In this document: positions 56,155 to 64,000 of the stretch, in pieces
Position numbering within the stretch: the stretch's first letter is position 1
Layout: each line of letters opens with the position of its first letter
Source of the DNA: Eledone cirrhosa
Taxonomy: Eukaryota
Direction: 5' to 3'
Assembly: GCA_964016885.1 (NCBI GenBank)
Contig: OZ024743.1
Span: 81,406,001-81,470,000 of the forward strand
Length of the DNA: 64,000 nt
Translations under genes and position numbers: made by a program
Notes under the pieces: model-generated
The model's database searches: none
What the model was told of the DNA's origin: nothing
What the model saw: only the letters and a program-made list of their open reading frames with translations

Positions 56155-57736
56155 GAGCAATGTCAATAGTTGCTACATGTAATATTCCAGCTGTCTTGAT
56201 AGCAATGTCAATAGTTGCTACATGTAGTATTCCAGTTGTGTTGATAGCAATGTAAATAGTTGCTACATGTAATATTCCAGTTGTCTTGATAGCAATGTCA
56301 ATAGTTGCTACATGTAGTATTCCAGTTGTCTTGATAGCAATGTCAATAGTTGCTACATGTAGTATTCCAGTTGTCTTGATAGCAATGTCAATAGGTCCTA
56401 CATGTAATATTCCAGTTGTCTTGATAGCAATGTCAATAGTTGCTACATGTAATATTCCAGTTGTCTTGATAGCAATGTCAATAGGTCCTACATGTAGTAT
56501 TCCAGTTGTCTTGATAGCAATGTTAATAGGCCCTACATATAATATTCCAGTTGTCTTGATAGCAATGTCAATAGTTGCTACATGTTATATTCCAGTTGTC
56601 TTGATAGCAATGTCAATAGTTACTACATGTAGTATTCCAGTTGTTTTGATAGCAATGTCAATAGTTGCTACATGTAGTATTCCAGTTGTCTTGATAGCAA
56701 TGGCAATAGGTCCTATATGTAGTATTCCAGTTGTCTTGATAGCAATGTCAATAGTTGCTACATGTATTATTCCAGTTGTGTTGATAGCAATGTCAATAGG
56801 TCCTACATGTAGTATTCCAGTTGTCTTGATAGCAATGTCAATAGTTGCTACATGTATAATTCCAGTTGTGTTGATAGCAATGTCAATAGGTCCTACATGT
56901 AGTATTCCAATTGTCTTGATAGCAATGTCAATAGTTGCTACATGTAGTATTCCATTTGTCTTGATAGCAATGTCAATAGGTCCTACATGTAATATTCCAG
57001 TTGTCTTGATAGCAATGTCAATAGGTCCTACATGTAATATTCCAGTTGTCTTGATAGCAATGTGAATAGGTCCTACATGTAATATTCCAGTTGTCTTGAT
57101 AGCAATGTCAATAGTTGCTACATGTAGTATTCCAGTTGTCTTGATAGCAATGTCAATAGGTCCTACATGTAATATTCCAGTTGTCTTGATAGCAATGTCA
57201 ATAGTTGCTACATGTAATATTCCAGTTGTCTTGATAGCAATGTCAATAGGTCCTACATGTAATATTCCAGTTGTCTTGATAGCAATGTCAATAGTTGCTA
57301 CATGTAATATTCCAGTTGTGTTGATAGCAATGTCAATAGTTGCTACATGTAGTATTCCAGTTGTTTTGATAGCAATGTCAATAGGTCCTACATGTAGTAT
57401 TCCAGTTGTCTTGATAGCAATGTCAATAGGTCCTACATGTAGTATTCCAGTTGTCTTGATAGCAATGTCAATAGTTGCTACATGTAATATTCCAGTTGTG
57501 TTGATAGCAATGTCAATAGTTGCTACATGTAGTATTCCAGTTGTCTTGATAGCAATGTCAATAGTTGCTACATGTAGTATTCCATTTGTCTTGATAGCAA
57601 TGTCAATAGGTCCTACATGTAATATTCCAGTTGTCTTGATAGCAATGTCAATAGTTGCTACATGTAGTATTCCATTTGTCTTGATAGCAATGTCAATAGG
57701 TCCTACATGTAATATTCCAGTTGTCTTGATAGCAAT
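56155..57736. repeat. 45-bp minisatellite, ~35 copies, two main variants
   Basis: atagcaatgtcaatag(ttg/gtc)ctacatgta(a/g)tattccagttgtcttg. Confidence 0.97.
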
Positions 57737-57947
57737 CAGTGGTGCTGCTGTTGTGCGTTTCTTTTGTCTCTTACCATTCCTCCATCTCCTCTCCCTGCTC
57801 CTCTCTACCACTTCTCTGGACCAACTTACTTCCAGACATTTATTCCTGTCCTTAACGTAAGTCTTTACCCAACGTCGTCATTGATGATATTTTACTGTTT
57901 CGACAGTTTTCCTTTGTGTTGAGTTTCAAATTACCCCCCCCCCCCCA

Positions 57948-57978
<31 letters not shown>

Positions 57979-58294
57979 AAATTACGAGGGTAGATATACC
58001 ACAAATGTTTTATATATTTAATCTGAATCATACAGTAAGATATATAATTCATACAGACCGTATCAATAACTATTTCATCTCTCGGACAGATTAGAGATTT
58101 AATCTGTTTCGCCCTGAAAATTGTGTTTGTAACAGATAAGCCGTCGGCTTTTCGTCATATATATATATATAGGCAAGGATCAAAACAAAAATAAGGAGTG
58201 CAGTACGAACAGTGTTGGTATTAGGTTCACGATTGAGAGTGGGGGGGGGACGACATTTCGGGCATAAGCCTTTCCTCAGGAGACAGATGGGAGC

Positions 58295-58466
58295 TTTCAA
58301 CAGTAATGGTTGCATTTTTTAAGGGTATGTCAATATTTATTTATAAAACTGATCTATATTATATTTTGTCTGATGAAAGCACACCATAATTTAACATGGT
58401 GTCCTTGAAATATATATAATGAAATAAATATGGTTTTATAAATATTAGTTTCCATTTGTTAATATC

Positions 58467-58467
<1 letters not shown>
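58295..58467 (+). mobile_element. Family B PLE terminal repeat with hammerhead core (58370-58416)
   Basis: CTGATGA-aag-c-acaccat...atggtgt-c-ctt-GAAA-tata-TA. Confidence 0.72.
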
Positions 58468-58548
<81 letters not shown>

Positions 58549-58620
58549 ATGAAACGAAATTTCATTTCTCACTCTTAGTACGGCTGATACTTAAATATAA
58601 GTATGTATATATACCATATT

Positions 58621-58722
58621 ACACCTTTCCAGGTGGAATATGCTATATATATATATATATAATACACACAGGAGGATACCTCTTTATATATATATATATA
58701 GCATATTCCACCTGGAAAGGTG
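58621..58722. repeat. Inverted repeat with ~38-bp perfect arms
   Basis: acacctttccaggtggaatatgc(TA)n ... (TA)n gcatattccacctggaaaggtgt. Confidence 0.9.
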
Positions 58723-58851
58723 TCAATCGAACAGGAATTCCGGGGCAAGATCAACATCGATCTTCCATGATCAATTGACCCTTTAAAACAATCGTAAAAC
58801 AATGAAATAATTAACTACCTCTGTATAACTTCTGTCTGTTTTCATTATTCT

Positions 58852-58908
<57 letters not shown>

Positions 58909-58949
58909 TATATATATATATATATTTATGTGTATGTGTGTGTGTGTAT

Positions 58950-59132
58950 AATGATTGTTTCTACTTTTGGCACAAGGCCAGCAATTACCCAGTGCATTAC
59001 TGGTACTTTATTTTATCGACCCCGGAAAGATGAAAGACAAAGTTAACCTCGGCAGGATTTGAACTCAGATAATAAAGGGCCGTAACTCCATGTGTCAAAG
59101 CATGGCGTTCGAGACTTTACCGATACTGCCAA
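58950..59132 (-). mobile_element. Meta-like SINE
   Basis: Reverse complement of the consensus. Confidence 0.88.
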
Positions 59133-59344
59133 GTTATATGACCCTCTTTATCACTTGGGTCACATAATATAACAACACTTTATAATTCCAATCTGGAACT
59201 TTCGTCTTCCCTGAAGATTATCCAGATATAAGTTGTGAACAGGAGGTCAATGTTATTGTATATTTCTACCCCAGACATAACACAGCGTCTTATTACTTCT
59301 CACAATTACACCCTCTTAATATGTTACTCTGTACTGTAACAAAG

Positions 59345-59439
<95 letters not shown>

Positions 59440-59523
59440 GAAGTTTGCTTGAAGCAATGTGGAATAATAAAATTGTACGTTTTGGAAGCCTCAACAATGC
59501 AGATGTGTAAATCTCCTGGTCGT

Positions 59524-59556
<33 letters not shown>

Positions 59557-59573
59557 GACAAGTAAGTATGTTT

Positions 59574-59630
<57 letters not shown>

Positions 59631-59649
59631 GAGAGTGCGAGACTACTAT

Positions 59650-59683
<34 letters not shown>

Positions 59684-60299
59684 GCTACTATTTATTACAA
59701 GAAGAGACAAACTACCTGGAGCGCTTTCTAATTAAAACACCTGCTCATTACCTTCGCCAATATTTCAACCAATTTACATGAAAATGTTCTTTTCTAATAC
59801 AGCAGAGTTAGTCTCTATTAAACCACACACACACACACATACACACACACACACACACTACCACACACATACACACACAGACACACACACACAGACACAC
59901 TACCACACACAGACACACAACACACACACAAACAATACCACACTCACACACAACACACACACACACACAAACAAACAATACCACACACACACACAACATA
60001 CACACCGGCACACAAGAAATAAAAAAAAAAAAAAAGAGAGAGAGACAGACAGACAGACACATAGAGAGAGAGAGACATACACTCACACACACAGAAACAC
60101 TACCACACACACACACACACAAACAATACCACACACACAAACACCGGCACACAAACAACACCACACACATATACACACACCAGCATACAAACTATACCAC
60201 ATATACACACACTGGCTACCACCACTTACATCCACACAACTCACACCACCACTCATACAACCACAACACCAGCAACATCAACAAACCTCCGCCACCGTT

Positions 60300-62490
60300 A
60301 CTAAGAAAAATAACAGCAACCACAACACCAACAGACCCCCACCACAACCACCACCACCACCAACAACATATCACCACCACAACACCAACAGACCCCCACC
60401 ACAACCACCACCACCACCAACAACATATCACCACCACCACCACCAACAGACCCCCACCACAACCACCACCACCACCAACAACATATCACCACCACCACCA
60501 CCAACAGACCCCCACCACAACCACCACCACCACCAACAACATATCACCACCACCACCACCAACAGACCCCCACCACAACCACCACCACCACCAACAACAT
60601 ATCACCACCACCACCAACAGACCCCCACCACAACCACCACCACCACCAACAACATATCACCACCACCACCACCAACAGACCCCCACCACAACCACCACCA
60701 CCACCAACAACATATCACCACCACCACCACCAACAGACCCCCACCACAACCACCACCACCACCAACAACATATCACCACCACCACTACCAACAGACCCCC
60801 ACCACAACCACCACCAACAACATATCACCACCACCACCAACAGACCCCCACCACAACCACCACCACCACCAACAACATATCACCACCACCACCACCAACA
60901 GATCCCCACCACAACCACCATCACCAACATACCCCCCACCACCATCACCAACATACCCCCACCACCACCACCAACAGACCCCCACCACAACCACCACCAC
61001 CACCAACAACATACCCCCACCACCACCAACATACCCTCACCACAACCACCACCACCACCACCAACATACCCCCACCACAACCACCACCACCACCAACAAC
61101 ATATCACCACCACCACCACCAACAGACCCCCACCACAACCACCACCACCACCAACAACATATCACCACCACCACCACCAACAGACCCCCACCACAACCAC
61201 CACCACCACCAACAACATATCACCACCACCACCAACAGACCCCCACCACAACCACCACCACCACCAACAACATATCACCACCACCACCACCAACAGACCC
61301 CCACCACAACCACCACCACCACCAACAACATATCACCACCACCACCACCAACAGACCCCCACCACAACCACCACCACCACCAACAACATATCACCACCAC
61401 CACTACCAACAGACCCCCACCACAACCACCACCAACAACATATCACCACCACCACCAACAGACCCCCACCACAACCACCACCACCACCAACAACATATCA
61501 CCACCACCACCACCAACAGATCCCCACCACAACCACCATCACCAACATACCCCCCACCACCATCACCAACATACCCCCACCACCACCACCAACAGACCCC
61601 CACCACAACCACCACCACCACCAACAACATACCCCCACCACCACCAACATACCCTCACCACAACCACCACCACCACCACCAACATACCCCCACCACAACC
61701 ACCACCACCACCAACAAACGCCCACCACCACCACCACTAACATACCCCCACCACCACCGACAGACCCCCACCACAACCACCATCACCACCACCAACAGAC
61801 CCCCACCACAACCACCATCACCACCACCAACATACCCCCACCACCACCACCAACAGACCCCCACCACAACCCCCACCACCACCAACAAACGCCCACCACT
61901 ACCACCACTAACAACCCCCCCCCCCCCCCCACCCCCACCCCACCACCTACAGACCCCCACCACAACCACCACCACCACCAACAGACCGCCACCACAACCA
62001 CCACCACCACCAACAGACCACCACCACGACCACCACCACCACCACCAACATACCCCACCACAACCACCACCACCACCAACAGACCCCCACCACAACCCCC
62101 ACCACCACCAACAAACGCCCACCACTACCACCACTAACAGACCCCCCCCCCCCCACCACCACCTACAGACCCCCACCACAACCACCACCACCACCAACAG
62201 ACCGCCACCACAACCACCACCACCACCAACAGACCCCCACCACAACCACCACCACCACCACCACCAACATACCCCACCACAACCACCACCAACATACCCC
62301 CACCACAACCACCACCACCACCAACAAACGCCCACCACCACCACCACTAACAGATCCCCACCACCACCACCAACAGACCCCCACCACCACCAACATACCC
62401 CCACCACAACCACCATCACCTCCACCAACATACCCCCACCACCACCACCAACAGACCCCCACCACAACCAACAACAACAACAACAACACA
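60300..62490. repeat. (CCA)n-based compound minisatellite with a 618-bp internal duplication
   Basis: aacagacccccaccacaacc / aacaacatatcacc modules; identical track ORFs at 60785 and 61403. Confidence 0.92.
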
Positions 62491-62635
62491 ATATCTAAAC
62501 AATAACAACCACTACTGTAATAATAGCGGTAAAAGTGACAAAAACAATAATAACAACAACAATTGCAACAATGACAACCACAACAACAACAAGACTTAGA
62601 GTTCTTCATTAAATCTCTATGTCCTGCTATCTGAT

Positions 62636-63590
62636 TTGACTGGTCTCCTGGTCTCCTGGTCTCCTGGTCTCCTGGTCTCCTGGTCTTCTGGTCTCAGCTG
62701 TGACAAAGGGGACAAAATATTGACTGGTCTCCTGGTCTCCTGGTTTTCTGGTCTCAGCTGTGACAAAGGTCACCAAATATTGACTGGTCTCCTGGTCTTC
62801 TGGTCTCCTGATCTTAGCTGTGACAAAGGGGACCAAATATTGACTGGTCTCCTGGCCTCGACTGTGACAAAGGTCACCAAATATTGACTGGTCTCCTGGT
62901 CTCCTGGTCTCCTGATCTCGACTGTGACAAAGGGGACCAAATATTGACTGGTCTCCTGATCTCAGCTGTGACAAAGGGGACCAAATATTGACTGGTCTCC
63001 TGGTCTCGACTGTGACAAAGGGGACCAAATATTGACTGGTCTCCTGGTCTCCTGGTCTCGGCTGTGACAAAGGGGACCAAATATTGACTGGTCTCCTGGT
63101 CTCCTGATCTCAGCTGTGACAAAGGGGACCAAATATTGACTGGTCTCCTGGTCTCGACTGTGACAAAGGGGACCAAATATTGACTGGTCTCCTGGTCTCC
63201 TGGTCTCGACTGTGACAAAGGGGACCAAATATTGACTGGTCTCCTGGTCTCCTGGTCTCGACTGTGACAAAGGGGACCAAATATTGACTGGTCTCCTGGT
63301 CTCCTGGTCTCGACTGTGACAAAGGGGACCAAATATTGACTGGTCTCCTGGTCTCCTGGTCTCAGCTGTGACAAAGGGGACCAAATATTGACTGGTCTCC
63401 TGGTCTCGACTGTGACAAAGGGGACCAAATATTGACTGGTCTCCGGTCTCCTGGTCTCAGCTGTGACAAAGGGGACCAAATATTGACTGGTCTCCTGGTC
63501 TCCTGGTCTCAGCTGTGACAAAGGGGACCAAATATTGACTGGTCTCCTGGTCTCCTGGTCTTGACTGTGACAAAGGGGACCAAACACTGA
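62636..63590. repeat. Nested VNTR: constant ctgtgacaaaggggaccaaatattga plus variable (ctggtctc)n
   Basis: ~19 units, mostly with 2-3 octamer subrepeats each. Confidence 0.95.
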
Positions 63591-63709
63591 CAGACCTTCC
63601 TTTTCTCTTACCTTTAATAATATATTTTGTCTTTAGTAGATACCAGTTTCTCAATTTCCTAATAAATTTCACCATTCTCTATATTACAATTTTATGTATA
63701 TTGTTCTTC

Positions 63710-63880
63710 TCATTGAGTGAAGTTCATCGGGGTGGAATTGGCCGGCCGCGGGCGTGAATTCCACAAGGTGTGGAGTGGCTGTTTTAGCACGTCTACCTCA
63801 CCGTCTCCCGGGGAGATACATTCTCCATCCTGTCGGTCGTCAAAGTCGTTTCAAAGTCGATGAATAAAGTATCACTCACT
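63710..63880 (+). pseudogene. Second CRE-like 3' fragment
   Basis: EWLF*HVYLTVSRGDTFSILSV aligns with EWLFQHISLVILRGNAFSILSA at 2797-3000. Confidence 0.65.
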
Positions 63881-63962
63881 AAATATTGCAAACATTCCTC
63901 CACTTATCACATCATATATAAACATATATATTTGTGCGCGTGTGCGTATGTGTGTGTGTGTA

Positions 63963-64000
<38 letters not shown>

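Noticed and set aside
59778-62498. 906-aa Pro/His/Thr-rich ORF
   Set aside because: (CA)n and (CCA)n repeats lack stops; the same peptides cycle through frames.
62636-63590. CRISPR array
   Set aside because: No unique spacers, no cas genes, eukaryotic context.

Overview
Repeat-saturated, AT-rich metazoan DNA with very dense (TA)n, (CA)n, (TATG)n and trinucleotide microsatellites. The composition and SINEs suggest an octopus/coleoid genome, but that is an inference. I find no convincing host exon, rRNA, tRNA or CRISPR array, and nearly all long ORFs in the track are simple-repeat artefacts. The interpretable content is retroelements: (1) a near-full-length, frameshifted R4/Dong-like RLE non-LTR retrotransposon (32081-~36283, minus) bounded by (TATG)n; (2) RTE-clade 3' ends with C2H2 fingers plus bipartite non-autonomous RTE derivatives clustered in the same (TATG)n field; (3) Penelope-like element (PLE) remnants (GIY-YIG at ~10.1-10.6 kb; RT/EN at ~25.9-26.9 kb); (4) many tRNA-derived Meta-domain-like SINEs; (5) CRE- and CR1-like fragments, hAT and Tc1 MITEs, and several minisatellites. 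The most interesting signal is a set of more than ten hammerhead-ribozyme (HHR) motifs from several PLE terminal-repeat families. They show recurring non-canonical cores (U3-A8, C4, U10.1-U11.1, C13). Short palindromic mini-elements in (TA)n fold back exactly inside or next to the ribozyme. All alignments and folds were done by eye, so boundaries are approximate.
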